A DNA stretch of 64,000 nt, taken from NCBI RefSeq assembly GCF_020745735.1, contig NC_083424.1:29684999-29748998 (forward strand), in the 5' to 3' direction. Each line of letters starts with the position of its first letter. Position 1 is the first letter of the stretch. Below, in pieces: positions 1-13,253 of the stretch. A program made the translations under genes and the position numbers. Under the pieces are notes generated by a model that made no database searches, had not been told where the DNA came from, and saw only the letters and a program-made list of their open reading frames with translations. This DNA is from Hemiscyllium ocellatum (taxonomy: Eukaryota).

Positions 1-181
1 CAAAATCAGTCCAAAGTGATTCTTGGTTCCTGAGGGTTTACCTCTCATGTTTCCTTTCTCAGCCTGGTAATGTCAAACTGCAGAACATTCATTCACAATT
101 GGAGTATTATTGGAGATCCTCCCTCTAGCAATAGCTAGGCATAACTTACGGTTCTGTTTTAAATCCTCATAGATTTGGTCT

Positions 182-1298
182 TTGACTGTATCGGCGCTAA
201 CCTATGCTTCCACGATGAGGTTAAACATCCGCTTCATCAACACCTTTCACCCCAAACTCAAATTCAACTGGACCATCTTGGACACTTCCTTCCCCTTCTT
301 GGATCAACTAATCATGGACATCTACTACAACCCCATCGACTCCCACAGCTACCTAGACTACATCTTCTTCTACCCTACCTCCTGTAAAAACACCATCCCT
401 TATTTCCATTTCCTCCAACTCCTCCACATCAGTTCCCAGGATGACCAATTTCACCTGAAAAAACCCCAGATGACGTCCTTCTTTCAAGATCGCAATTTCC
501 CTTCCCACATGGTCAACGATGCCCTCGAGTGCATCCCCTCCGTCTCCCACATCAACGCCCTTGAATCCCACCTCTCCCAACGCAGCAAGGATGGAATCCA
601 CCCCCCCCCCCACCGTCCTCACCTTCCATGCCACCAACCTCCGCATGCATCGCAGCATCCTCTGCCAATTCCGCCACATACAAATGGACCACACCACCAG
701 AGACGTAGTTCCCTTCCCACTCCTATCAGCATTCCATGAGACCATTCCCTCCGTGTGTCCCTCACGCCGCTCACCAGCCCACAACGTTGCACCCAATGTG
801 GTATCCTCGACATCGGGGAGACAGGATACTTACTTACAAATCACTTCAGAGAACATCTCTGGGACACCTGCTCCCACCAACCCCAACATCCTTTCACGGA
901 GCACTTCAACTCCTCCTCCCACTCCGTCAAGGAAATGCAGGTCCTGGGCCTCCTCCGTTGCCAAACCCTCACCACCTGACACCTGGAGGAAGAGCACCTC
1001 ATATTCTGCCTTGGGACCCTGCAACCATTGGGGATCAATGTGGACTTCAACATTTTCCTCATTTCCCCTCCCGCCACATTATCGCATTTGCAAACCTCCA
1101 ACCTATCACCTTCTCCCTCACCTTTATCTACCTATTGCTTTCTCAGCTATCATCCCCCTCTCCCTCACATTTATCATTCAGCGCTCCCCAGCCAATAAGC
1201 CTCACTCCTGATGAAGGGCTTATGCCCGAAACATTGATTCTCCTGCTCCTTGGATGCTTCCTGATCTGCTGTGCTTTTCCAACACCATACTCTTGACT
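182..1298 (+). mobile_element. Degenerate Penelope-like retroelement (RT C-terminal part, GIY-YIG endonuclease, 3' pseudo-LTR)
   Basis: ORF 182-739 has FINTFHPKLKFNW...FPFLD...DSHSYLDY (PLE RT-like). ORF 755-979 has CTQCGILDIGETG...FREH...HFN (GIY-YIG-like). Frameshifted. Ends in the CTGATGAAGGGCTTATGCCCGAAAC repeat seen many times in the window. Confidence 0.85.
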
Positions 1299-1375
1299 CA
1301 AAGCATCCTTACCTACAGCGTATGAAATAGATAACATTGGCCGAGTCACATGAGTACCTGCAGTGTATACCGTGT

Positions 1376-1460
1376 ATGATGAAGGAGCAGTGCGTTGAAA
1401 GCTAGTGCTTCCAAATAAACCTGTTAGACTATAACCTGGTGCTGTATGATTTTGAACTTA
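1376..1460 (+). repeat. Short Penelope-derived repeat, family B (GGAGCAGTGCTCC type), degenerate
   Basis: Matches copies at 22485-22570 and 58045-58127 (GAAAGCTAGTGCTTCCAAATAAACCTGTT). Confidence 0.75.
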
Positions 1461-1714
1461 AATGAGTCATTAACATACCTCATACTTTAACTTTTTTTCG
1501 CACGTAGAAAATAATTAAACAGCAATTGCGATCCATATTCTTACAATACAAAATCCATGTTCCCAACATTGTGTTCTCATCATAAAACAAAACATCCTTC
1601 TTAAACAACAGAATAATTTCAGAGGGCAAGCATTTCTGTTTATAAAGCAGTCTGACAGTGGGTGGAGTTGTATCTATTCCGTTCATTTCAGAAATACCTT
1701 TTTTCTCCTAACAT

Positions 1715-2490
1715 TTCCTTCACTCTAGCCTCCAACACATCCTCTGGCAGCTCATTCCATACACATACCAACCTCTGTGTGAAAAAGTTGCTCCTTAGAT
1801 CTCTTTTATATCTTTCTCCTCTCACCATAAACCTATGCCCTCTAGTTCTGGATTCCCCTACTCCAGGGAACAGACTTTGTCTATTTATCCTATCCATGTC
1901 CCGCATAATTTTGTAAGCCTCTATAAGGTCACCCCTCAGCCTCCGCTGCTCCAGGTAAAACAGCCCCAGCCTATTCAGCCTCTCCCTTTAGCTCAGATCC
2001 TCCAATCCTGGCAACATCCTTGCAAATCTTTTCTGAACCCTTTCAAGTTTCACAACATCTTTCCGTTAGGAAGGAGACCAGAATTGCATGAATATTCCAA
2101 CAGTGGCCTAACCAATGTCCGGTACAGCCGCAACTCCTGTACTCAATACTCTGACCAATAAAGGAAAGCATACCAAACATCATCTTCACTATCCTATCTA
2201 CCTGTGACTCCACTTTCAAGGAGCTATGAACATGCACACCCAAGGTGTCTTTGTTCAGCAACACTCCCTAGAACCTTACCATTAAGTGTATAAGTCCTGC
2301 TAAGATTTGCTTTCCCAAAATGCAGCACCTCGCATTTATCTGAATTAAACTCCATCTGCCACTTCTTAGCCCATTGGCCCATCTGGTCCAGATCCTGTTG
2401 AAATCTGAGGTAATCCTCTTTGCTGTCCACTACACCTCCAATTTTGGTGTCATCTGCAAACTTACTAATTGTACCTCTTATGCTCGCATA
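1715..2490 (-). mobile_element. CR1 LINE 3' fragment (ORF2 RT end)
   Basis: Minus ORFs with SKFADDTKIGG, WQMEFNSDKC and RTRGH...FFTQR.V.VWN.LP, typical of CR1 ORF2. Confidence 0.9.
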
Positions 2491-2904
2491 CTCTTTGTTG
2501 AATGAGCACTGCCTTAAAGAGTGCAGCATAACATTCTGTGTAATTAGAATCAAGTAATTTCAAAGAATGTGGCCTGAAAAATTTGGGTGCCATGCTGTAA
2601 AATTGCCGCTTTTCCATCACTATCTGTACCTTACCTGGACCTTTCCATTCTTCCTGATCTTCTCTAGTGATACAGTATGTGCCTTGAATTAAAGTTTATT
2701 AGTTTACTTCTGATGGCTTTAAATAGTGCCATACGGCTTGCCAAGCTTTTTGTGAAACATTAGCCTTAATTAATGCCTTTCTCACTACATGTAAAGTATT
2801 CAAGTGCTCTGAAAAGTTGAAGTTAATTGGTATCCCCTTCTGAAGTCAGGGAATGATTTACTCTGCTTCCGAGAAAAATTTTGGCTTTCTCCCGAAAATC
2901 AGTT

Positions 2905-4015
2905 GATAGAGTTATTGAGATGTATGGCACAGAAACAGACCCTTCAGTCCAAACCATCCATGCCAACCAAATATCTCAATCTAATCTAGTCCCACTTGCC
3001 AGCACCCAGCCCATGTCCATCCAAATCCTACCTATTCATGTACTCATCCAAATACCTCTTAAATGTTGCAATTATACCAGCTGCCACCACTTCCTCTGGC
3101 AGCTCATTCCATACATGAACCACTTTCTGCGTGACAAAGTTGCCCCTTAGGTCTCTTTTATGTCTTTCCCCTCTCACCATAAACCTATGCTCTCTAGTTC
3201 TGGACTGTCCCACCCCAGGGAAAAGACTTTGTCTATTTATCCCATCCATGCCCCTAATGATTTTCTAAACCTCTATAAAGTCACCCCTCAGCCTCTGCAC
3301 TCCAGGGAAAACAGCCCCAGCCTATTCAACCTCTCCAACCCTGCTAACATCCTTGTAAATCTTTTCTGAATCCTTTCAAGTTTCACAACATCCTTCCAAT
3401 AAGAAGGAGACCAGAATTGCACACCATATTCCAAAAGTGTCCTAACCAATGTCCTGTATATTTGCAACATGACCTCCCATCTCCTGTGCTCAATACTCTG
3501 ACTAATAAAGGAAATCATACCTTGTTCACTATCCTTTCAAGGAGGTATGAATCTGAACTCCAAGGTCTCTTTGTTCAGCAACACTACCCAGGACCTTACC
3601 ATTAAGTGTATAAGTCCTGCTAAGATTCGCTTTCCCAAAATGGGGCACTTCACATTTATCTAAATTAAACTTCATCTGCTACCCCTCAGCCCATTGGCCA
3701 ATCTGATCAAGGTCCCTTTGTAATCTGAGGTAACCTTCTTCACTGTTCACTACACCTCTAATTTAGGTGTCATTTTATGTAAATGACCAAAAGCAGTGGA
3801 CCCAGCACCGATCCTTATGGCACTCCACTGGTCACGGGCCTCCAGTCTGAAAAACAACCCACCACCATCACCCTCTGTCTTCTACCTTTGAGCGAGTTCT
3901 GTATCCAAATGGCTAGTTCTCCTGGTATTCCATGAGATCGAACTTTGCTAACCAGTCTCATATAGGGAACCTTGGCAAACACCTTACTGAAGTCCTTATA
4001 AATCACAATACACAC
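2905..4015 (-). mobile_element. CR1 LINE 3' fragment
   Basis: Minus ORFs with DFSKVF.KVP, VTSGVP, LEYGVQFWSP and VWNELP; CR1 3' tail near 2905-2945. Confidence 0.9.
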
Positions 4016-5173
4016 AATTGACTCCAACCATTTGCAGTGAGTTCTTTACTTGGACATTTACAACTTGATTGGCTTCATAGTATTTTATGACACATTTCAT
4101 CTTTTACGGGTGATTTTTAAAAAAACTTTGTGCTATTCAGTACCACTTTTAACTTTTCACTTTTAACCACTAAATCCATACCCTCTCACCACCCACCTTA
4201 TTGTCCGTTCAGAATTTAGCAGATATCCCAGTCTGGTCTGTATCCATTTTTCCATTACTTATCCATTATTACTATTTTCTCTGTACTGTATATTATTGTT
4301 GGTAGGTTCTATCTAGTTACTGTGTCTGAAGTGCAAGATCATTTTTTTGTTCACCTCATCACACACCTTTAAGCCCATTCTAAATATTGTGAAAGTCTTT
4401 TCATCATGGGACTTTCACTGTGGGCTGTGATGGTATCCTTCTTTATGTTCTATAAATATCCACTTTTATTGATGATGTGTTCTAAACTTTAAGGATGCTT
4501 TCATGGTTGAAAAATAAAGTAACTTTGTTACTTGGGTATAAAATGTGTGAAAGTTATCACCGTCCTCAAAATTCTCCATATTAAACAATATTAAAGCCAA
4601 TACTCTCTCCTGATACCACTTTAGGATAGGAAATAGCAAACCCAATCATTGAAAATAAAATGCAGAAGTAAAATTTTAATTTATCTGATATGTTGTTTTT
4701 GGTACTAAATTCCTTAGCCTGGAGAAATTAATTACAGGTTTGCAAAAACTAAACAATTAGGATCTGCATGTGCAGTGGGCTATTAGTGGAACTTAGTACA
4801 TTAAAATCACTTAACTGAGCAGGATGAGACATTCGTAGGTTTCCCAATATTTGTTCAACAAAAATTATTCTTCCTTCTTATGCATTAACAAGGAATTGAA
4901 TCAGAAGATTCTCAGTCACAGCCATGACCGATCTAACCATCTGCCATCCCAAAAAAAAACATTAACGGTGACCATGTTGGCTGATGATTGGAAAATAGCA
5001 AACCTACCTTGCTCAAGTATTTGTTTGTTAAGTCTTGTGAAGAATTACCTCAGTAAGAATGTGGTATGATGCATAAAAAATTAACAAAAAGAAAACAAAA
5101 GAATAAGACCATGGATTTGAATTGAGTAATAGACAATTCTTCCAATTTTAATTCCTCTTTCCATCATCTTCAG

Positions 5174-5303
5174 ACGAACTTGACACCTCTTTTTCTTGGT
5201 GCTGATGTTGTTGCAAAAACTGGCATCCGCACTGAAAATCATCCAAGAATCCATGCAAGATTTGCAAAGAAAGGATTAGCAACCAAGCTCAGCTTTGGTG
5301 CAG
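5174..5303 (+). CDS. Uncharacterised gene, internal coding exon (TNLTPLFLGADVVAKTGIRTENHPRIHARFAKKGLATKLSFGA)
   Basis: Pyrimidine tract + cag|ACG acceptor and CAG|gtatt donor. 130 nt, open, and phase-compatible with the next exon. Confidence 0.8.
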
Positions 5304-6246
5304 GTATTATATTCATTTTCTTTTTAATGTAGCAATTAATTAACAAGGATATTCAAACAAATGTTTGCAAATCTGTGAGGAAAATGTTTCTTTAATGTTT
5401 TATAACTTCCTTCAGCTACATCCTGCTTCCAAGATAATTAAGGACGGTGAAGACTACTTAATCCAGTTTAGTTATCATTCCTATTTTGATGATCAGATAG
5501 ATCCTAAAGTTCTTCCATTGCTTCTTAACCAATTCTTCCTTGAATAATTTCATTCGGCTGTACCTTACCATTTGGATATCCAGTGCCTGTCGTGATCGTT
5601 CTTTGCACAAAAAAACTTTTAATATCAGTTCTGAAAATCCTTATATATCTTTATGTAAAATAATTTTTAGTTTTTCATAATTCAGATACCCTTTCATAAG
5701 AATTGACAGTGTGGTATTTTTCTCTTCCTTGTTTTATTTCCAGGCTTAAATGTCTCAATTTCTTTGTTTTACTGACAAGAACTTGACATAATACTCAGGA
5801 TCTGGTGCAACCAGACTGCTATACAGTTTGCTCATAACTTTCTTTGACATCTTAATGAACAAGATGGTCAGAGATTATCAGAGTAGGTGAGAATTTGTGG
5901 TTAAGGTCACAATCAGGTCAACCATGATCATACTGAATGGCAGAGCAGACTTGATGATACGAATGGCCTACCCTGTTCTAAATTTGTATGTTTGTATACT
6001 TGTAATTGGCTATTTTGTGACCAGCTTTTTACCACTTCTATATGTGGCATTGCCCTCACTGCTATCCTTGTGTTTTTTCAATGTTCTCCCTATTTCTGAT
6101 GATGGCCTCTGCTGTTATCTCCTTTGCAGTCATTCAAATCGGAAGGTTATCCATAAAAGAAAGTTAATTGCAGCCCCTTTCCATAATGGTTCTTCTGCAC
6201 TTCTCTTCTACGCATATTTATAATTTTTACAATTGTTTACTTTCAG

Positions 6247-6380
6247 AATTTCGATTTGAAGGACTGAAGGTACCAACTGTGGTGAACAATTTGTGGTTTT
6301 ACAGCATTCAGGGACTGTTTCAAGTTGCTTTTGAAATGTACACGAAAGACCAACAGTTAGAAGTCCTTGTTGTACTTCAG
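6247..6380 (+). CDS. Uncharacterised gene, penultimate coding exon (EFRFEGLKVPTVVNNLWFYSIQGLFQVAFEMYTKDQQLEVLVVLQ)
   Basis: ttttcag|AA acceptor and CAG|gtact donor. 134 nt, phase 1 in and phase 0 out, joins both neighbours in frame. Confidence 0.82.
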
Positions 6381-6835
6381 GTACTATTAGCGTTTGAAAA
6401 AAATATGTCATTTGTAAAAGATTTTTAAGTTATCGAATTATTCTGAGCTGAAAAGCACTATTTGGCATTATATATTTTCATGTATATGCACCTTAAAATG
6501 ATACCTCCTTCCCTATGTGCTCCATTAATTTGGATATTGCAATACAAAACTCTAGTATTTTACAATAATTAAAATGTTTTTTGATGACTTAATTAAAATG
6601 TTACTCCTAAACAAGTTCTGTGCAGGGAGATTATAGTACTGTAATACAACCCTGGAGGACCATTGTCCACAATTGTGGGTTTCGACTAATGAATGACATG
6701 TCTTGACAAATTGCTGAATTCCTAATTTACCTACATTGTCAAAGGATGTACTAAGCTCTGATGAAAATTAATGCAAGTTAGTTTTCAATCAACGAGGAAA
6801 GTTGATACTTTGGACTACTTTTTTTTTCTTTATAG

Positions 6836-7732
6836 GATTTGTGGAAAGCAAGGATAAATGACCCTAATCTGAATGAAAAGTATGATATTAAGATTCTGCA
6901 AAATTACCCTAAAGAAGGATTGCTTGAAAAACACACTCTTGAAATAAGTGACAACAGAAGTTATAATGCATTGCATTCAAGCATTCAAGGTGGTAATCCT
7001 GAACCTGATATCAATGTGTATAGGACAGCTGCTTCACCTTTGGATTCTACCCACAATAACATCATTGTTAATCAGGATGACCATAACTATTGTATGCAAG
7101 AAGAAAGAATTCTACTGGAAACTGAAAAACCTTGTGTGGATAACCAATTAAATGTGGAGGCTTTGGATTATGATTCTTTGTCTATTAGATTTAGATCAGT
7201 TTATCAGGCTTTTAAAGTTTTACCATTTCAAATACAAAAGGAACATGAGAAAACAATTACACAGTTGCTTGATTTTGTAGAACTCCTAATAAGTGAAAAT
7301 ATATCTGCACAGAAATTGGCTGATATGATGCTACAACTGCTGACACATCTTCAAGACATCATTGTCAAAACAGAAACCACTGCAACGGGAGCTAATTCTA
7401 TTTACTGTAGTCACATGCTTTATAGTGTAAGTAACTGGTTGGGACATCAATTTTATTCTGCTAATGGTTTGATCAGCAAGCAAGTAGAAGAGTTTAAAAC
7501 AACTCACATTGACAGAATCACAGACTTGCCACCTGCTGAGGATTTGGTAGATAAATTATTTCCTGAAGCAATGAAGGTTTTGCTGTTAAGCTGGATGGGG
7601 CTTGATGATAATTCTGCATTGTGGAAACGGCAAAGTGAATATCCAATTGTGCTGCTTATATTAGAGTTTGCTAATCATAATCTAATCACTGGTGTTGCTC
7701 ATGTATTGTATTCTAGTTTGATCTGTAAATAA
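6836..7732 (+). CDS. Uncharacterised gene, terminal coding exon (298 codons to TAA)
   Basis: Long poly-T tract + tatag|GAT acceptor, uninterrupted non-repeat ORF (longest in the window), AATAAA downstream at about 7813. Confidence 0.88.
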   Translation, partial: DLWKARINDPNLNEKYDIKILQNYPKEGLLEKHTLEISDNRSYNALHSSIQGGNPEPDINVYRTAASPLDSTHNNIIVNQDDHNYCMQEERILLETEKPCVDNQLNVEALDYDSLSIRFRSVYQAFKVLPFQIQKEHEKTITQLLDFVELLISENISAQKLADMMLQLLTHLQDIIVKTETTATGANSIYCSHMLYSVSNWLGHQFYSANGLISKQVEEFKTTHIDRITDLPPAEDLVDKLFPEAMKVLLLSWMGLDDNSALWKRQSEYPIVLLILEFANHNLITGVAHVLYSSLICK

Positions 7733-8392
7733 ATAGGAGGTTGAACAGTACTTAACCTAGATATTAATGCTTAAATTTAGATATATTTTGAAGATGTTAC
7801 GTGATGTTGAGCAATAAATAATTTCAGAATCTGCAAAGAGATTTGCAAATGTTATTTTTGCTAAATCTCAATTATCATGAACCTTGGTTTGTTATCAGGG
7901 ATGGATGGGGTAATCTGAGCAATGGACTAAGTCTGAGAGAAACAAGAAGCAGACACTAGTTGTCTGAAATAAAAACAGAAAATGTAGGAGACACACAGTG
8001 AGTGAAAAGGAGACAAGTTCACATATTGTGGATCTGGACCTTATTTGAATCTCCAAGTTAAAATGATGTGGATACTAAACTACAGATCTATCAAAGTATT
8101 CTATTGTCTGCAAAGAATCAATGTATCTATGAACTGCATCTTAAGTTTTGTCTTCTTATGTATGCATGAGTATCTTTATTTCTCATTAGTTTTTTTTCAT
8201 TTAAGATTAGAAAAGTAAATTAATAGGTAATGACCCCTATCTCTTCTCAATCTTTTCACTGATAACTGCTGATGTGACATCAGCCATCACAATTTCTCTA
8301 TTCCTCTTGCTCTGTCTAATCTGTCTACCTCTGAACTTGTTGCACTGTAATATTCATTCCTAACATTTTCATCCAATCTACTGACCAGAGTG

Positions 8393-9150
8393 TCATAGAG
8401 TCATAGAGATGTACAGTAGGGAAACAGACCCTTCAGTCCAATTCATCCATGCCAACCAGATATCTCAACCCAATCTAGTCCCACCTGCCAGCACCCGGCC
8501 CATATCTTTCCAAGCCCTTCCTATTCATATACCCATCCAGATGCCTTTTAAATGTTGCCATTGTACGAGCCTACGCCACTTCTTCAGGCAGCTCATTCCA
8601 TACAGTTACCACCCTCTGCGAGAAAAAGTTTCCCCTTCAGTCTCTTTTATATCTTTCCCCTTTCATCCTAAACCTATGCCCTCTAGTTCTGGATTCCTCC
8701 ACCCCAGGGAAAAGACTTTGTATGTTTGTCCTATCCATGCCCCTCATAATTTTGTAAACCTCTATAAGGTTACCCCTCAGCCTCCGACGCTACAGGGAAA
8801 ACAGCCCCAGCCTATTCAACCTTTCCCTATAGCTCAAATCCTCCAACGTTGACAACATTCTTGTAAATCTTCTCTGAACCCTTTCAAGTTTCACAACATC
8901 CTTCCAATAGGAAGACCAGATTTGCACGAAATATTCCAAAAGTGGCCTAACCAATGTCCTGTGTACAGCTGCAACATGACTTCCCAACTCTGACCAATAA
9001 AGGAAAACATACCAAATGCCTTCTTCACTGTCCTATCTACCTGCGACTCCACTTTCAAGGAGCTATGAACCAGCACTTCAAGGTCTCTTTGTTCAGCAAC
9101 ATTCCTTAGGACCTTACCATTAAGTGTATAAGTCTTACTAAGATTTGCTT
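8393..9150 (-). mobile_element. CR1 LINE 3' fragment with (CTATGACT)n tail
   Basis: Tail GTCATAGAGTCATAGAG on + at about 8391-8408; minus ORFs with LVRPLLEY and [11 protein letters not shown]. Confidence 0.9.
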
Positions 9151-9654
9151 TGGTGCTGCTTTTGTCTAGGGAACCAATCTTTATTTTGCAGAGTCAAACG
9201 TCAACACTTCCTCTGAATTCCCAAGACCATTACCAAACATTCAAGTCATGCAGCAGGGTCTCCAACCTCATAATCCTCAAATACCAATAAGACACCAATT
9301 ATACCTATCTCTTGCAAGATCTCCAAATAGATCTACTAGACCAGTTCTATTAGTTCAACTTTTGCTTGCTCCACTAAACTAGTTTTTTTTAATGTTGACT
9401 CTTATTGTCCAGTGAATTGAACTTAAAGAACAGCATTTCACCTTTTATCTGGTCACTTTGGGTGATAATGATATGAGTGAACGGTTTTGAATGAGAGGCA
9501 AATATGTTGCAATGATATGTGTAAAAATAATGGGGCTAATTACATTGCAACATTGATGAGTCACAGTGGGGGGGGGAATACTTTAGGAAAATCTGTTGCC
9601 CCATTTCTCAAGGTTGGAGAAGTGTTTCCCCAATCAACCTGTTCGGCTGTTAGT

Positions 9655-10330
9655 AGGGCATGAGCTACCAGAGTAAGTGGTGGAGACTGGAACAAAATTC
9701 TACATTTAAAAGGCATCTGGATGGGTACATGAATAGAAATGGTTTAGAGATATGGACCAAGTGCTGGCAAATGGGACTAGATTAGTTTAGGATATACAGG
9801 CTCAAAGGTAGAAGACAGAAGGTGGTGGTGGAGGGTTGCTTTTCAGACTGATTTCACTACTTTTAGTCATTTATATAAACGATTTGGACGTGAACGTAGG
9901 AAGTATAGTTAATAAATTTGCAGACGACACCAAAATTAGAAGTGTAGTAGACAACAAAGGAGGTTACCTCAGAGTACAACGAGATCTTGATCAGTGGCCA
10001 ATTGGCTGAGGATTGACAGATGGGGTTTAATTTAGATAAAAGTGATGTGTAGCATTTTGGAAAAGCAAATCTTAGCAGGGCTTATAATCATGAGGGGCAA
10101 CATTTTCACACAGAGGGGGGTGCGTGTATGGAATGAACTACCAGAGGAAATGGTGAACATTGGTATAATTACAGCATTTAAAAGGCATCTGGATGGATAT
10201 ATGAATAGGAAGGGTTTAGAGGGATATGGACCAAGTGCTGGCAAATGGGACTAGTTACGTGAGGATATCTGGTTGGCATGGACGAGTTGGACCAAAGGAT
10301 CTGTTTCCATGCTGTATGTCTCTATGACTT
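9655..10330 (+). mobile_element. Cluster of CR1 fragments (two 3' ends and an RT piece)
   Basis: TTTAAAAGGCATCTGGATGG occurs twice; a KFADDTK-coding piece at about 9915; tail CTCTATGACT at about 10320. Confidence 0.8.
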
Positions 10331-11505
10331 AATATTCTTTTGGACTCAACTTCGAGTTCAATGATTTCAGATCATAACCTCTGCCTCTGTTTTGTTTCAT
10401 AGAATGCCTCAAAGAGGAGGAAATTAGAAAAAGGGAACATCTGAGCATTTTTGCATTTACAAAAATGACAGCAAGCTTTCAATTAAAATAAACAGTACCA
10501 AGAGTATATGTAAAGATATTTAAAACATGTAGTTTCACTTCAGAAGGTTTGAGAAATTTAATGTTTTTCCCAGTTTTGTAGTTCATCTATTCTGGTGTTA
10601 GATGCATAACCATATTGCAATTAGCAGAAAGCTTCCCTACATCTAAGTTGGCAAAAGGCAATATGTAAAATGGAATTATGCAAATCAGGAAGGTCCTCAT
10701 GCTCCAGAGGTGTATAATAACATCTCTAAACAGCACAACATTGAGGGCCTTTACCATGCTGTACTGTTCTATGTTCTGTACAGGATTGATTTTTAAAAAT
10801 CTATCCTAAGGAACTCCAGAGATTTTCTGGAGAGAAGTCCACAAGTATCTATGTGCTTGATTTGACTCCAAACAGCAGAGTTTTCTCCTATTCCCACTGA
10901 CAATAGATTTACACAGGCTTCTGATGTCACACTTGGTCAAATGCATCCTTAATATCAATTAGTCATTTTTTTCCTCCCCTCTGGAGTTCAGTTCTTTTGT
11001 CCATGTTTGAATTAAGACTATAACAGGTTCAGGAAATGAGTACCACTGGCAGGATTCAAATGGAACCTTGTCAAGCAAATTATTAGTAAACAAATGCTGC
11101 TTGATAGCAACATTGATGACACCTTCTCTAACTTTATTGATCAAGAGTAGATTGGAGATTGGATTTGTTCTTTTACAGTATAGGAAACACCTGGCAATTT
11201 TTCACATCATTCTATAGATGGTTATATTGAGCTGTACTGGAACAGATTAGCTAGGGGTGCAGCAAGTTGTGGAACACAAAATCCTCAGTACTATTGCTGA
11301 AATGTTGTCAGGGCTCCCCATATTTGCAGTATTCTGTGCAGCCTTCAGCCACTTAGCCAATTTGATTCTCATTTATTGAACATCTCCAACAATCAGTGAT
11401 TGTCAGGATCTTTTCAGGAAGCTGACAGATCAGCTACTCGGCAGTTCTGACTGAAGATATTTGCAAATACTTCAGCCATGTCTTTTCCATTAATGTGCTG
11501 CCCCA

Positions 11506-12199
11506 TATAGGTATAGCAGTGTTACTTCTGCAATCATGATTGTTTATGCAAGGTAAATGAACTCACACTAGTGTATAATTGTTTCAGCCAAGAGCTGAGT
11601 TAACAAGAATGAAAACTATGTGAAGAAAATATATAATTGTTTTTGCATTAGCTAAAATGTGCATACAAGAATGAAATGTGCCTGTGAACACAAATAGATA
11701 AGGTGCTGTGAGGGGAAGGGGTGTAGGTTAAGCTCGACATGCCTGTACAAACAGTTACAAGCATCCGGTTCCCGCTTCAGCAAAAACAAAAAAAGACCAA
11801 AAGGTCATAAAGCTCAGTGTGAATAAAGGATAAAAGGAAATATTGCTTTGGTAAGTATGGAAACAGATGGCAGTGAAGAAGGATAAATAACAATAAGACT
11901 ACAGAGGGAGGTGGTCCAACGGCCTTGAGAGGCCAGAGATAAGCATTTTGTCATGGACAAGGCCGGATGAGTTCAGAGATGAACAGCCGGGTTTAGATTA
12001 GAAACAGATGTAAACAGGGGAGGAGAGAAGAGAAACGAATTACATTAATATTGTGTATTAGTTGAATTCAGAGCGTGTATCCCTGCCATGTGGACAGTGG
12101 ACACAACACCCCTCTTGCAAGAGCATAATAAATGATACTACTGATTCAGATCTTGTCTCGGACTGAAATTATTGAAGAGAGTGAGCTTAGTTTCTCACA
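11506..12199 (+). mobile_element. Solo LTR, same family as 37919-38636
   Basis: Aligns over about 700 bp with the reverse complement of 37919-38636; ends ...TTTCTCACA; AATAAA at about 12127; flanked by CCCA(T) on both sides (11502-11506, 12200-12204). Confidence 0.75.
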
Positions 12200-12713
12200 C
12201 CCATAATTGAAAATGGTTATATTTTTAGAGCTGCCTCTTCTAGTGAGGAGCTTAAATTCCACTATCACTCATGAACTGGACGTGGCCACATTGCAGAAAT
12301 TGGTTCTGGAATTGCCTAGCCGTGTGTCTCAGTCACTTGTTGCTCATGCTGTTTTGCATTAAATTAGTTCTGTGTTGCAACTTCACCAGGTTGGTACCAT
12401 TTTTTTGTGGTGGTCACTCCTATCAACTGTAATAGACAGATGCATCAGCAACAGACAAAGATGTTACATTCTTCAGAACATGATTAGCTTAATAGTGCTG
12501 CCAAGCTGTCTAATGATAGCAAAAAAAAGAAAGAAATGCTGAATTATGCTTTGATTATAAGGGAAGTGTCAGAAAAAGGTCAAAATGATGGGGCTTTTAA
12601 AGGGGAGGGGGTCATCTTTTAACTAAAGTACAAGTATACTGGTTTTAGAATTACCGATCATATTCGGAGCATTTTTGGTATCACTATACAAAGTGTGTAT
12701 TGAAAATCATCCA

Positions 12714-12719
12714 TTTATT
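12714..12719 (-). terminator. RSRC2: Candidate RSRC2 polyadenylation signal (AATAAA)
   Basis: TTTATT on +, about 535 nt past the stop codon, at the end of a repeat-free 3' UTR-like tract. Confidence 0.55.
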
Positions 12720-13253
12720 GTCCAGAAAGCTTGATAATGAACAGTGCACTATAAAGCGCTATTCAGCGCTAGAATAAGTACTTACATACAAACTAAATCC
12801 TAATTTACAACTACAGTCATCATTTGCATTTCAAAAAGATGAAAATAACTGTACAAGTTTTAGTACAAAAGCAATCACATAATACAGCAATGTGAAGTAT
12901 TACAACAAAACAGAAATGACAGTGAGCTGTCTTGAATACAGTTCGCATATATCACTTCAAACACAAACAAAAAAACATCCTCTTTTCTAGTCGCAAAACT
13001 GCCATCAACTCTTTCTTCAACGAAGTCCCAATGTTTAGGAAGGATAACTATCACAATATGATTGTTGATACACCCAGTTATCTTGACAATCAAAACCTTT
13101 TTTAATAAATTATTTTGCATTGCAACAACCATGCAAGCTAGAGGGCTAGCTTTTTCAGTAAATGGGAAAGTGAAAGTCAATATGAAGCTTCAAATCTCCA
13201 ACATGGACGAAGACAATATAAAAAAATGTGCTTAAGCACAAGTACGTTTGTTC

